From Perna viridis (taxonomy: Eukaryota), in contig CM074513.1 in assembly GCA_037379345.1 (NCBI GenBank), positions 34,654,885 through 34,718,884 on the forward strand: a stretch of 64,000 nt of DNA. The letters run 5' to 3'. Numbering within the stretch: position 1 is the stretch's first letter; each line of letters starts with the position of its first letter. Shown piece by piece: positions 50,157 to 64,000 of the stretch. The position numbers and the translations under genes were made by a program. Below the pieces are notes generated by a model. That model was not told the DNA's origin, ran no database searches, and saw only the letters and a program-made list of their open reading frames with translations.

Positions 50157-53100
50157 ACAAAAGACTTTACCAAGCAATAATTAAGTAAAGTAAATGGAGA
50201 TTTTCATGTTGCTTCTGCTATGTAGATTATAGTTAAATTGAGGTGTAGTCTGTCAGCCATTTGTTCTCTTCCAGTGTATTAATATTTTATGGTTAAGTTA
50301 AAGATAGATTAAAAGAACTTCACTATGCTGATCTCAGTTTGAGATGTTTTTATGAAACCAACCCCAGGCCTGATTTACAGTTCGTGACACAAGTGAAAGA
50401 CTTCTTCCAAATAAGGTGTGGCTAAGTGTCCCTTAAAATAATGTCCTTTTGCTACACTGTTTCATGAATGCTCAGATAATGAAGCATGTCCTTTGTTATA
50501 ATGTGTTAAAGAGACAAGATTGATCCTGACAAAATCAGCTAGTTTGTTAATTTGACCTTTTTTAGGTTTTAGATGTGTTTGCTAGTTTGCATAGATAATT
50601 TGGTGTTGTATAATTTTCTAATCATATTGAATTAAGGTATGTAGTTTAATGTATACTTTGATGATAAATCATGTTTTTTTTTATTAAATGCTGACCTTGG
50701 CACTGTCTGCACCTGTCATTCTGTGGTAGTTAATCTTTGATCTGATTTCATTGATTACATTTTTCTACATATATGACACAGCAATTAATTCAAGGATAGA
50801 TCTTAAAACTGTGCTGTTCTTCGTCAGTAGAAACAAGATCAGTATTGTAGAGGTAGGACATGGCAGGTACCAATATGTGATTCCTGTAAAAAAATATACA
50901 TTGTCTTCTAACTTCAAATAAATCAATTCTAAGTTTGATGTTTTTATGTGTCCATGAAGATGTGCTTGTAATGGGTGTGTTTAAAAAATAATTTCTATGT
51001 GTAGAACTCCGTTCTTGTATCCCACTTTTTTAAAATACCACTCCTAATCACTTGAAGATTAAAAGCAAGTAAGAAATAGTTGTTGTCTTTTAAGTTTTCA
51101 TAGCAGGAGTGCATAACAATAGGCCTCACCTGGTCACTTCTGACAAGGTGGAACTGTGGTCCAATAAACATACTTCATACCTATAGTGTTTGCATGTACA
51201 GCAGGATACTGTTTAAGTCAGCAATATTGTAGTATCTACATAAAAAACCAAAGAAACTATTGGCACATTTGACCTTCTTATTTTGAACATTAATGCAACA
51301 ATCATGTTAAATAATTTACAACCTTTTATCCAATACCAACAGGTAAATGGTGATAATATCATTAACTTATTACTTAATAATAACTACTAGATAGTGAAAT
51401 ACTTCTGAGAAAATTCTAGGTAAAAGAATGCTATTGGTCGATTGCAATCACTCTTAATATTTATGTTATCGAAAAAGATTAAAGAAAATTAGCTAGTGAT
51501 GTGTTTGCCTTTAGCCATAGAAAAAGTGCAGTTTTGATTGGAATCATTTCAATCATCAGTGAGTAAAAGCTCTGATTATTTTATTGAAATGTACTGATCA
51601 TTTTAAATAAGTAAGGATTGTTTTGTGTCAGACTACTCATGTCAGATGTAAGAAGTGATATCCACTATGATATTTCATTTTTAGTAGACTAACAGGAAGA
51701 TCTGGGATAGATAAACATGACTTTAACCTGTTATCATATCAAAATAGGTTTTGAAAGAATTCCTCTTACCCCCATGTGTGAAAAATAGAAAAGCTTGTAG
51801 ATAGGAGTAACCTTCAGGTATTGTGGAAAGTGGCTCCAGTTTTCTAAGTGCCTAATTAATTGAATCGTTAAAACTTTCTACAATACATGTCTTGTCTGCT
51901 TGACTAATTTTTCAATTTCACATTTTCATTCATTTTTTTTTCATTTTTTAAGATTGGAATGTATAAATTAAGAAGAGAGAGAAAACAGAAGTTGAATGTG
52001 TAACAATAGTACTGTATTAGCCATGGAATCTGTAATAGGAAGATAAACATATTTATGGTATGTAGTCTAAAGTTATCTGACTGATGTTTATCGGCTCAAT
52101 TAAGTTTTGTTGACTCGTCATTTACAAAACCACAGGTAGTCACTACTTATACCTCCTAACAAATGGGTACCTTTAAAACATGACAGCTGAGCCAATGAAA
52201 ATCGTCTATGTAGTGTTAATTCTATTCCACTTGTCAACGCTTTAAGTGTAGGATATTAGCTGCCTAGGAGTACTTATTACTTTATTACTTAGCTAGAACA
52301 CATAATATTTTTACATCTTTGAAATAGATAATTGCATTTTGATTGCACTTTGCATGGATTAAGTTTTAGTGCTTTGTGAGAGGAGAAAATTTCATGCTAA
52401 TAATTTATCATTGGAGTAAGGATTATCTCAGATTGTATTGTGAACTTTACTTTTTGGATTTTGTATATTATTACTAAATAGGTAAAATAACTTTTTTTAT
52501 TTTATAGAAAAAAAGAGATGTTCACTGACAAAAGGTCTTTAGTACCGAGATGTACATAATATTTCCTTGATTTAATTTAGTGATAAACATACTTACAAAT
52601 ATACAGGAGAAAGATAAAAGCAACTGAAATCAAGAAGACATAGTTTTACATCCATGAATGTGAAAAATTTGTTTTAACTCTCTTATCAATGTAATTTATG
52701 TTTTTGTGAAAAAGTGCTTATTTTTTTTATTGCAAAAATTGTAAGGCATGCTTTGTTTTCAGGAAATTGGTGTGAAATGTTTTCCAGATTTATATATTCA
52801 TATAATATCTGTTTTTTTAATTTGTAAAACTTTTTTATTTTCATGAGCATGCAGTTACACCCTAGGCTGCATTAAAAAGTAATGATATTTTTGCTGTGTA
52901 TGCATTTCTTAAAATTTTCAAAATTCACACTGAATTAGTTAATTTTAATCCCATGTCACTGAGACCATGTAATCATTATATTTATAGTTATATATATATG
53001 ATCATAGCATACCTTATGTTTCTCATGTTGCCTCTCTATAAAGTAGGCGACTTAATGTATGTGCTGAAACATGCAAATTAAATTTCTTTGATGTGCAGTT

Positions 53101-56100
53101 TAAATATGCATAGAAATTTGTCTTTTCTTCAACCTAAGTTGCACCAAATATATTTTGAATAATTATAGAGTGCCTATGAAATGGATAGGTAGATATGCAT
53201 CCTTAATGCATCTGCTACACATCTACTTTGTAATTTGCACCTGTTTTAAATACCGATTATATAACATTCCACAATATCGTTACAAATAAGGCGGGATTCC
53301 GAGGCATTATCAAAAGGATCATAACTTGTCCTTTCATATCAGGGTTAAGTGTGAATCAATCCGATGCTCCTCGGCTAAGTATAGGTTTCTGGGTACAGGC
53401 ATTTGTTGAACAGTTGTTTTGTATTCAAGTTTACCTTGTATAAATTTGTTCTTAGGAGCTGTGATAGGACATTAGGTATTGTTATGGTACATATTATATT
53501 GATGCATTATGAAATATGTTGAATATGGAAATTAATATTGATTTAACTCCTTGACAATTTTTAAGGCAGATATTATATTTTTGTGAGGATTCAGATTTCA
53601 AAAGGATATTTATAATAATTTGATGCTGTATAATGATTAAACAAAAATTGAATATTTAATTAAAAACTTGGACATCAACACTGGGAGTTTGATGGGAGAT
53701 TTTTTACTCTAAAAAATCTATGAATATTAATTATATAATAAGCTGGAATTTTTTAATCTTTAACTTTGGGAAAAACCTTTCCCCTATGAAATAAATTGAA
53801 ATAAAATTCCTGAAAAAAAAATGTTAGCATATTTAGAATATCTACTTCAAGTTAACTTAGTTTGAAATTTATACCCTACCATTTATCTGTTTAGTTTAAT
53901 TCTACAGTTTAAATCTAATAAAATCCAGGGTCTGATAAAAAAAAAAGATGTTATTTCTGTTTTGTTCTTCATTTAAGTTGGCAGCATGTGACAATTTTAT
54001 GTCTAGATTTTATTTCATCCTCCCTCTGTGAATACACCTCTTTTGTAATATATGATATGATAGACATTAGTTTGCATTTTACACAATTATTTTGATCCGT
54101 TAGATGAAGTTTACACATATCTGTTTTAATTTTTATGAGCTATCTCTCTAATGATATTAAATTTTTGCAGATATTCATTTAATCATTGAATAATGCTGTT
54201 CAGAGCTATTTGATACTGCAGTTTCAGTTTAATGCTCATTGCTAAAGAAAACTTGTGAATTATGATAAGGCTTTAATTAATTTACATAAGATTGATAAGA
54301 AGTGAATTTTTTTGGCTTCACTCCACTTTGATCAGTTGAGCAACATGATAGTTTGACAAACACAAGTTTCTTTTAATGCCCACAATATAAGATTTTCTAT
54401 CTAATAGTTTACACCATTTTTAGTTTTAAAAGCGGTTTAGTGCAGGCTTGTCAAAATCTGTATGTGATTATAGTGGCTTGGCCAGAAATTAATTTTTGGA
54501 TCAAAGGTTCTCAGTATTTATTCTGCCAATAATACCTACTCAAAACTTTATTGACTCTTATATTCCATTCAAAGCCATTGTTGATATTACGAATTGAGTT
54601 ATTTTTAGCATTTAAGGTGTATCCCTATAATGCATTCCATACCAGAGTGCATTCCTTTGTATTTCTGTGTATTTGTCCACCCCCTCTGTAAATACAACTC
54701 CCTCACCAGAAAAAGAACCAGATATATACCTTTACTTGAGCAGCCTGTACCTAGAACTTTTATGTAAAGCTTACTTTTGCTCAAATTAATGTTAATTTTC
54801 TTTAATAGGGGTCTATTCCTAGCTATATGTTTGACTTGAGAACAAACCAGCAATAAACTTTATGTTTGCAGTAGTTTGTGCACTCCATAAACTGAATTTT
54901 TAAAACTCTGTTCCTTTTTATTATCCTTGAGGAGGTTTCAATCCTTTTTTAACAGATGTTATTTCTTTTTAAGTCCTTTTTTGCTTTTACCCTTACATGA
55001 TAATTTAGGCATTCATATGTTGTTAGTACTATGACCTTTGTCGATATACTTTTCCTCTCTAACGTTCAAACTGTTTGAAAACCTAAAACCAATATCAATA
55101 TTTAATCTGGTGTATCATTCTTATGAATACATGTGTCTCCTTCTATATCAGCATTTTCCCTTCTTATATGACATAGAAAGTGCACACTGCAGCTTCCATT
55201 AAAATCTATACCATAAAATGTATTTAAAAACATGGGCCAGGCAAAGGCTGAAAGAATTGATCAGAATTTTTTTCTCAGTGCAGTATGTTGATTTAATCTT
55301 TATTGTATATTTTAATGTTAACCTTGAGTTTTACTGAATATGTTCTATCATAGAACCAGCTGGGGTCATCAATCCTGTAAGAAAGAAATGATATTTTAAA
55401 CATCTTCTAAATCTTTACAAATCTATATATCAATTATGGATCAGTAAGAATAGCGACAAGGTTTAAGGTGGTCCCCAACTTGTCCCCATTAAGTTGTACA
55501 AATAAAGACATTATTTTTTCCAATACAAAGGTTACAGGTTATGGTAGTTTATGTGAACAGCTATAATTTTCTTGGTAATTGTTGACCTCATTGAACTTAC
55601 ACATTTCTTTTTAACATATTTTTGGGTACAGATGAATGTAAAGGCCACCCCAGAGACTACAAAGTTATTTCAGTTGGATACCTATGGATTAGAGGGATTT
55701 TAGTCTGTAGCCAGTTGCATTGATTATTTAAGTCAAAAATTCATATGGCCCACTGTTTTTTTATACTGGTTTAGACAACTGATAATACAATTGACTGCTA
55801 TATCAAAATATTTATTTTCAGGGGATACCAATATTTGTGGTATTGTGGTTTGGCAAAAAACCTTGTAATTAAATTTCTTCCAAAATGTTAATCTATATAA
55901 TCTCATATACTAACACAATTTTACCTAACTGTTTACATCCATATAAAGAGGGCAACAATATACTCAATTTCTATTACATGTAAGATTTCAGTGATTTACT
56001 TGGGAACAAATGTTTTACAAAACTTTCTGGAAATTATTTTATTTCCAAATTATTTCTGCTAAAATTTGTAAGTTAACAATAATCATTATTTTGTATTAAG

Positions 56101-56451
56101 TTACGGCCTTGTGTGACACTTAAAATATGCAAAATACCAGAATTAACAGTTCCACTAATTGTCTTCTGTTTCATCTAACAATCTTTTAGGTATTGTGTAG
56201 TTAAATGAGATTTATATCCAGTTCATAAGTTAAATATTGTGAGTCATTTGTTTATAAAAAAGAAACCTTTTGTTTATTTTTAAATTCTGGCTTGTTTAAA
56301 AAATCATACATAATTGTGTTAAGTTAAAAGTTGATTTCATAGGAGTAACAAAGTACTAATCTTGGTTGTCAGTAGAACTATGTGTAACTTTATTTAAATA
56401 TATTTGCTGTACAGTATTGATATAGTTTACATATACTGTTTTTAGGTCACC

Positions 56452-56539
56452 ATGTATGAGGAACTGCTGATCATCATCTCAATTATCTGTGTCATCCTTA
56501 CAGTTAATGTTTCATCTTACAATCATATCAAAGTACCAG
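56452..56539 (+). CDS. Signal-peptide exon (MYEELLIIISIICVILTVNVSSYNHIKVP)
   Basis: Acceptor ttttAG at 56445, ATG at 56452, donor CAG|GTAAGA; hydrophobic core followed by a VSS-Y cleavage-like site. Confidence 0.85.
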
Positions 56540-59500
56540 GTAAGAGTTGTCTTTCTTAAAACTTCGAATTATCTCCTCTAAAACTGTCTCATTTTAAGTC
56601 AGTCAAAGTTTGCATTTCATGTGAAAAAAATATCTTTGTCTCTAAAGTTTGACATTTCTATCAGTCAAAGTTGGAGTCATTTGCTTGCATATTGAAATAA
56701 ATGCAAATCATCATCCACTATCACAAAATTTGACATTTTATCTGAAAATGTATGATTGTTAAAGTTAAGTAGTAGGGTGTCATAATATGTCATATCTGAT
56801 AATCATAGATAAAAATCCTTCACACTTTGAAGAAGAACAGAGTGAAGACGCCTACTGTGGAAAGTCATTTACCTGACAAGCACACCTGTATAAATCATCA
56901 AGGGCCATCACTCTTCCATGTGATAATGATTGATAAAATGGGTACCGGTAATTTTCAAATTTAAAAATAAATTTACTCTATTTTCTCCACTAGGCTCAGG
57001 ATGTTCAGATGGATCTCAGAAAGGGTTATATGGACATGAGAAAATTGCTACATGTCAAGGTCAATGGAAAGGTCATATCAACAATTCCAGCCATCTGTGT
57101 GCTGCAGGTTGGCAAGTTTGTTCCTATCAAGACTCTGATTTACTAAGGACTATTTCATGGGAGGAGGCTATATCAGTACAGGGTTGTTATGCCATAAATG
57201 CTGCTCAAGATGGTGGCAAATGTCAGAAATGTGTGGAGGATTATGGACAGGTGTGTACTAATTGAACTGTTAAAAATACCATTACTAGCATCACCCAAAA
57301 AATATCATAACAGCTTTGCTATCTTTGATAACATACTAAGTCTATTATCAGGGCCTCTTTTGTGGTACAGTGTACAAACCTTTGTTGAATAATAATGAAA
57401 AAAAAAGTGTTACACTGCAATTTATTTTATAGTATGGAATTAATCATACAAAACATTTGACAGATTTACAATATGCTCTCTATTTGATTATATACTACTT
57501 TCCTTTTGTTATAATTTATTGGTTTATTGCTTTTAATAATATAAACTTCATACAGTAGAAAATATTTAGAAGAGATGAAAATATCCATCTGTGAGAATTT
57601 TTCCTTAAAATATTAGAATTCCAAAGAAACTGCATAGCCAAGAGTTCTAAATTAGAAAATGTTAATGGTGCATACGATTTGATGACATTTTAAAGGTATG
57701 TTTCCTATGCCCAATGCCATTAAATCTAGGGAGGACCAAGTTTATCTCTTCTAGATTTATTAGATAAAATGTGGACACTTCTTATAAAAGGGACTCTGTT
57801 TATAAGAAATATTGGACCATGTCTTTTCTCAAATATTCTGCTAAATCATGCTCAATGTAAAAAATAAACAGGAACAGTGTACTTCAAGCAAAATACCAAG
57901 GTACCCCAAACAAAGCTGAGAATTCCATAGATTTTGATCATATGTGGGCTAGAGTCTTGAGTGCTCCTGTAATGTGTTATTTTTATCTGAGGTCTGTAAG
58001 GTTCAATAGTTAAAGTCTACAAAGAATTGGTTTCTAGCTCTCAATCAAGATCAACAGCTGATTACCCATGATAATCTTGTCAACATTGTCATCGATGTGT
58101 TTTAAAATAGGTGTTAATTGTATAAACATTCAGGTAATTTTTACACCTGGAATGTGTCTTCTGTAGCAGTAATTAATTATGGAATGAGATATAAAAGTAA
58201 ATATTTGTTGGCAACACTGATAATATTGAAAACCAGGTGTAGGCATGATAATTCATACACTATTAGCACCAAGATACTTCTCATGTGCTTTGAAAGTACC
58301 ATTATATTGAAGAAAAAAAACTTTGTTAACAATTAATAGGATAACAGAAATTATGTTTTACTTGAATGTTGTTGAGAGGACTTGGGTATAGAGGAAACAT
58401 AATTAAGTGTTATGGTCAACCCTAATGTTTCTTTTGTCTCAATGACTGATAATACCCACTGGCTTTAGAATGGAATATCTGTTTCCATAAATTTGTCTGT
58501 ACTTTACACCTTCTTTTAGATGCTGGTTATAATATAATCTTTTCTATTTCGGATTTTATTAAAAGAAGATAAATATGGAAGCTCTCACTTCTTAATGTTG
58601 CATGACCAAAAATGAAGTGATATTTTACATATTCTTTTATGAATACTCAATGTAGGAATGATTTGATTTAGAAAATTAACTCTCTATGATTCAAACTTTG
58701 ACAAAAGATTTAATTGAATTGGAAAATCTGGTGGATTTCCGTTTTATGGAATGAAATAAACAGACTTCTCTTTAATGACTTATTTTTTATTTCTGATAAT
58801 GAAAATGATAACCAATTTAACAGTCATTACCTGTAAGATAAATTGTTTTTGGTCTTTACATCATATAAACATTTCTAAAGGAGAATAAGAACCTGTTTCT
58901 CAACCCATCATTCTGGGTATGTAACATTTATAGTCTATGGTCTGGTGATTAACTGTAAAAAGGACCTATATTGAATAAATGATTTTAAATATTTGGTAAA
59001 TATTAATTATAAATCTTAGTAGGATTTGTAAATTCACTTGCTGTGTGATCTGTTTAGGAACTTCAAAATGTTTTATGATGAATGCAAGGTAGAAAAGTCG
59101 TGATGGTTATCATGTAGAAATACTGAGGGCTTGGCTGATATTTAAAAGGATGATTTTACACTCATATAAGTTCTATGTAAAACGAAAGTACTGGCTATGG
59201 TAGAAAACTGGTATAAAGTTACAAAGTCAAAGACTAATTAATTCTGGCTCGGAGATTTTGGAAGTAGATATACTACTGTGAGTTTGGCTGTTAGATTTAT
59301 GACTGACAGAGAAATGTCACTGCTCATTTCCCAGTTATGCAAAGCATGTCCAAAGCAGCCAACATGGTTGTTTTTATTACAATCAGTCATTTATATTTCT
59401 GGCAGTAATTATGTGGAACTAATAGCACTGCATCATGAAGAGAGGGTATTAACATAGAGATTAACTGTACATTGTCATGTAACTTTTTTACGCTGGTTGT

Positions 59501-62500
59501 ATCGTTTAGAATAGGTTTTTGTTTAATGAATATCAAGTGTTCTTCAGAACAACAATTTTAAAATCTGCAAACAGATCTTATATATTTTGTTCAAGTTATT
59601 TCCCTTTCTTTTTAAGTGATCTATTGACCTTTTCATCATTTTATAGTCTAACAAACTAGCCAAACATATATTTATGTACCTAAAACAGTAAGACACTCTT
59701 GCAGTGAATTACAGGATGATAAACTTCTTTATTTCTGTTGTACACCTGCAGACCATTCTTTACCACAGTTAGATTCCTGAAATTGTAGTATCAATGAACA
59801 GAAAAAAAACTATGCATACCCTAACCATTGGATCCTCTTCATGAAACAGTTTCTAAATACAGGAAGTCACATTACCTCATTAACTTTAACAACCTCACAT
59901 GCATTTTCTACCATAAAGAACTATTAATTGACCCCATCTCCTTCGTAATGTCTGTTTTCACCTTTGTTATATTATTAATGCTGCTCTCAAATTGCACCTG
60001 ATCTATCATCAAGAATTATGATAGTTACTGAACAAATACTGAGTTCATTGCATACATTTGTTTGGCCTGACACTTTAATATTGAAAGAAAAGATTAAAAT
60101 CTCTCACAATATAATTAAATTTTTTTTCGTTTTATTTGGCTATAGATGTTTGCAATGTTGTCTTTTTTTTTCAGTCTTCTCTTTTTTAGGACAGGTGTAT
60201 GTAGAGACTGTTGGAACTGATCATTGATATCCTATCAATTCTTTTCTTTGTTTTACAGGATGATATGGCAGGTATAGGGCGGGGTTGTCCTCATCAGAAC
60301 TTTGGGCAGACGTCATGTATTCGTGGAGGAAGAATTGACTCCAGTTGTTGTGTGGATTCACATTTCAATCAAGCCTGCCATTTTAAGCCTAATATCAATG
60401 GTGTTGTGTGCTGTAAGATGGCAAGTAAGTTGCTTAATCAGGGCTGCCCATGTAAATGGTAGACATGGCAACATTCAAATCCTCTGTTATCATTATGTTA
60501 GTGCCAATATAAATTGACTGTGGAAAACCAAGTAAAGGGGTTAAGTTTAAGTTCATGAAAATATTATTATTACATTTTCTATCTTAACTTTCAGAACACT
60601 GGTTCTTAGACTTCCGAACTATTCAAACTGTTTGCTCTCCACATGATTTTAGGACAGTTTTAAAATTTCTTTTTGTCATTTTGTCTTATTTATCCCCTAA
60701 CAATACATAACCATTGCATGGTAAATTTGATAATTCTATGTAATTTGTCAACTCAAATTGACCAAGACTGATTCAGAAATTTTCCCATTGATTTTTTAGA
60801 ATTACAAGTATAAATCTTTTGTTAAGGATCATGTTAAGTGAAGTTGACCATAAATTCTCAATACATAAAATATTAGTCAAGATGATATTTACCTGGTGTT
60901 AAACAAATGCCTGGTAAACAGAGACGATGTACTGAAGGGAAGGATAATGAATTATGATCCTTTGTCATTAAATATTTTGTTTTCTGATTAACATCTAACA
61001 TTACAAAGTTGTGGAAATCAGATTAAAGTTACATAGACAACCAAATGTTGAAATTTCTACTTTATTAGGCGTCAACTTTATTAGTTTCTTACTTATTCAG
61101 GCCATCAATTGGTGACAAAAACATGCCTTGGTTGACCATGAATCTATAATTTAGAATTCATCGTCATTGTAGGTGTTTAAACCATTCCTTTGTTTTATAA
61201 TTTCATGGGATAATTTAAATAGTTCTTGTTTACTGTCAGTTTACCAGTACTACTGTCAATGTGAGATAGCCATTTTTAAGAGACAAAAAAAATATGCATC
61301 AATTGCCGCAGTGATTACTCTACTGGTAAAAGAAAATAAGAATTTGGCAGTAACTTGGTGTATTTCTTTGCCATAACACCATGTAGTTTCATATGATATG
61401 TTTATATTAATCTTGAGTAATTAACAAGAGTTGACTAACTATAGATTAAAATGATGTTTGATCTCCCAAGTAATTAGAATCATCATTAGTTGTTTTTTCT
61501 GTCTGCACTGTAGCTCTACATTTATCTGTCTGGTAATTTTTTTTTACTCCACCAGACATCTAGAAAGTGATTTTTATCATTCTACCTATCAATACTTTGT
61601 TACTATTTAGAGCAAATTGTAGGATAAACTTTAAAGAACATGATCATAACATCTTATATGTCTTACACCATGATTATGTATAGTCTGAAACATTAAGCTG
61701 AGAAAAGGCATGAAGTAAGCCAGCCATTATAAACTGTAGTGTTAGTTGCTGAAAAAAGGCATGAAGTAAGTCAGCCATTATAAACGGTAGTGTTAGTTAT
61801 ATAATGGTTCAAATTGATTGATTTTTAAAAAATATTTTTGGCACATAACTGCACTTAGGCTCAAGTCCCTTCTTGTAGGTCACTTAAGAGCATTAATGAA
61901 CTAACTGCATAATAGTGGTGTTGAGGCATACAGAGACAGATTAGTAGCACATTCAGACATCATTTTTGCATAAAAACCAGAAGCGGAATATTAAAAGTGG
62001 TAGAATTTATAGAGGAAATGATTTTTTAATTATTTGCATAGCCAGTGTATTGTTTCTCAACCAAAATAAAATTTGATGTTTCATCAGTTTGAAAATATTT
62101 TTATCAACCTAAAAGCAAAAGGATGTAATCAATGAACAGCTTTGAAATATTGATGTCAGTTTCAATAACTGTTATATTCATTCATATGATGTGTAGTGTA
62201 TGTTTAAGACAGATTTAAGTAATATTTATGGAGACATGAACTTTCATATATATTGCATACAAGGATTTATCTTAGTGAGATATTGCTGTGAGAATTGATA
62301 TTTTGGGTAATATTAATTTTGCATTCATCAGGAAAGATTAAGTGATTCTTCAAGAAAGTTTTTTTTCTTGGTGTAAAAATGATATTATGGGTATTTTTAG
62401 TATCACCTTCTTCTTAGAGTTACAAAACACCTTTGGAAACCAAGGCTACCAGAAGTATGAATGGTTGTTTATACGGGGTTCAGTCATTAGCAGCAATGTG

Positions 62501-63754
62501 ATAATTGGACAAGGCTGTATGTGGTCTGACTAAATTCCACATTCCAACATTATGTGACGATAGAACCTAATGTCCTGACAAATCTACTATAATCTGTAGT
62601 AAATCATACTGACCAGGACCTATTAATCTTACCCAATTAATACAATTATCATCAGAAAACCTTTCATTATACACCACTAAACTGCTGTAAATCTTAATTG
62701 TAGAGGGCTTGATAAGACAGGGCTATTGATTTGATACAGTACCAGTTGTTAGAAATCTAATTAAATTGTCCAAACCTTGCTACTAAATCCTTGCGTATCT
62801 ATAGGCAACAGTAAACTCTAGAAGTTTTGTTTTAAAGTACTTTTTTATATCATGTTACAGCCTTGCAACATATTTAGTAGGATATTTGGCATAGATTATA
62901 ATATCAAATTGTAAATCACCAGTAAAAAATTAAATTTATTTAAGAGATCTCTGTGTTAATAGATAAGTAAGAATGTTTGTAAGTGTTAGTATCAGTAAAT
63001 CTTCTTGATGTGTTTCCTATGCTCATCTGTTCCGTTTTTCAGGGGTTTTCTTTGACTCATTGACCTAGTTTTATATTGAATCCTTATTTTACTTACCAGT
63101 ATTGAACTTGCAATATTACTGGGAAAATAACGTACAATTTTGGGTTTTCCTAAAAATTCCAGATTACCTTACAGGATTTTTTTCTTATACAATCCTTGCA
63201 TTGAAATAAATTCACAGAGCTTACCTTTCTACAAATAAAAAAGATAATTTTAGGTGTTGTTTCTCCCCTTTTATATTAAAGTTCTATTTAGTAGTATATG
63301 TTTTGTCTTGAGCATGTTTTTTTTCCTCAACTGAAAATTGTAACAGTAGGAAGATTCCATATAATCAAGGTAAATGTTGTATGCTGTATTTGTGTTAGCA
63401 CTGAATCACTGATCATTAAAATGCCATAATATAAACCTAGTTTATTTTCATAAATATTATCTCTTCATTTCGAATGTCACAGTGCAGAAAAGTTATAATA
63501 TATGGTATCTTAATTTGTTTCAAATACTTGTTTAAATTTTCTGATTTTAATCTTCCATCTCATGTTAATAATATCTATTGCAGCAAGAAAGCCCAAAATA
63601 GTGGTAAAGCCCAAGGAGAGAATTGAAGTGAACACAGGTTTGATTTTCCTGTTGACTTGTCAAGCTACTGGTTCCCCAATACCTAGAATCCAATGGTATA
63701 AGGATGGTACACAAATATCTAAATCAAATACCAGGATACAAACTCTTCCTTCTG
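56452..63754 (+). CDS. Secreted or cell-surface protein with signal peptide, unassigned 14-Cys module and I-set Ig domain; 3'-partial: join(56452..56539,56994..57250,60259..60424,63584..63754)
   Basis: Four GT-AG exons join in frame (intron phases 1, 0, 1, 1). Kozak-like gtcaccATG, hydrophobic leader, Cys-rich module, then Ig strands (LTCQATGSPIPRIQWYKDG). Confidence 0.88.
56994..57250 (+). CDS. Cys-rich module, first exon (GSGCSDGSQKGLYGHEKIATCQGQWKGH...LCAAGWQVC...CQKCVEDYGQ)
   Basis: ccactAG / CAG|GTGTGT; open frame with 7 Cys and 3 Trp. Confidence 0.9.
60259..60424 (+). CDS. Cys-rich module, second exon (DDMAGIGRGCPHQNFGQTSCIRGGRIDSSCCVDSHFNQACHFKPNINGVVCCKMA)
   Basis: tttacAG / GTAAGT; phase 0 in, phase 1 out; 7 Cys. 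Confidence 0.9.
61698..61798. repeat. ~50-bp tandem duplication
   Basis: gctgaRaaaaggcatgaagtaagYcagccattataaacKgtagtgttagtt occurs twice. Confidence 0.85.
63584..63754 (+). CDS. N-terminal half of an I-set immunoglobulin domain (TRKPKIVVKPKERIEVNTGLIFLLTCQATGSPIPRIQWYKDGTQISKSNTRIQTLPS)
   Basis: tgcAG / GTAAGT; canonical I-set pattern P.I..P......G....L.C.A.G.P.P.I.W.KDG. Confidence 0.9.
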
Positions 63755-64000
63755 GTAAGTTAAATATTCTTCACTGCTCTAATCTGTAAATTATTTCGTT
63801 GAAAAGCATTTTTCATAGAGAAGACTGTCATAATTTTTAGTTTTCTAAACAAAAAATTTTTTTGAATATTGAAATATTTCTATATTATCTTTAAATGTTG
63901 TACAACTGTCGGAAGAAATGATATCCCAGGGTAGATGTTAAGACTTTAATCATTTGAACATATGACACATTTGTAAATTTCTTAAGTTAGTTTTCTTTTT

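Noticed and set aside
53298-53373. Possible pre-miRNA hairpin (ccgaggcat...atgctcctcgg)
   Set aside because: Only a short outer stem pairs and I recognise no mature miRNA; it is more likely a repeat remnant.

Overview
AT-rich, CpG-poor eukaryotic genomic DNA with spliced genes. The repeat types suggest a mollusc, probably a bivalve (inference). The ORF track is mostly uninformative, so exons were assembled by hand from splice signals and frame continuity. (1) 393-15423 (+): the 3' 15 coding exons of condensin I kleisin NCAPH/CAP-H (about 645 codons, all intron phases consistent), plus a candidate 28-nt GC-donor micro-exon at 147-174. The 5' end of the gene is outside the window. (2) 56452-63754 and beyond (+): the first four coding exons of a secreted or cell-surface protein with a signal peptide, a ~140-aa 14-cysteine module I cannot assign to a named family, and an I-set Ig domain. 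The gene runs off the window, and a strong candidate upstream exon at 25958-26039 would imply a ~30 kb intron. (3) The rest is non-coding, with MITEs, a fold-back element, Helentron-type (HINE-like) elements, retroposon fragments, a decayed LINE remnant and minisatellites (37, 24, 50 and 39 bp units). I found no tRNA, rRNA or CRISPR array.
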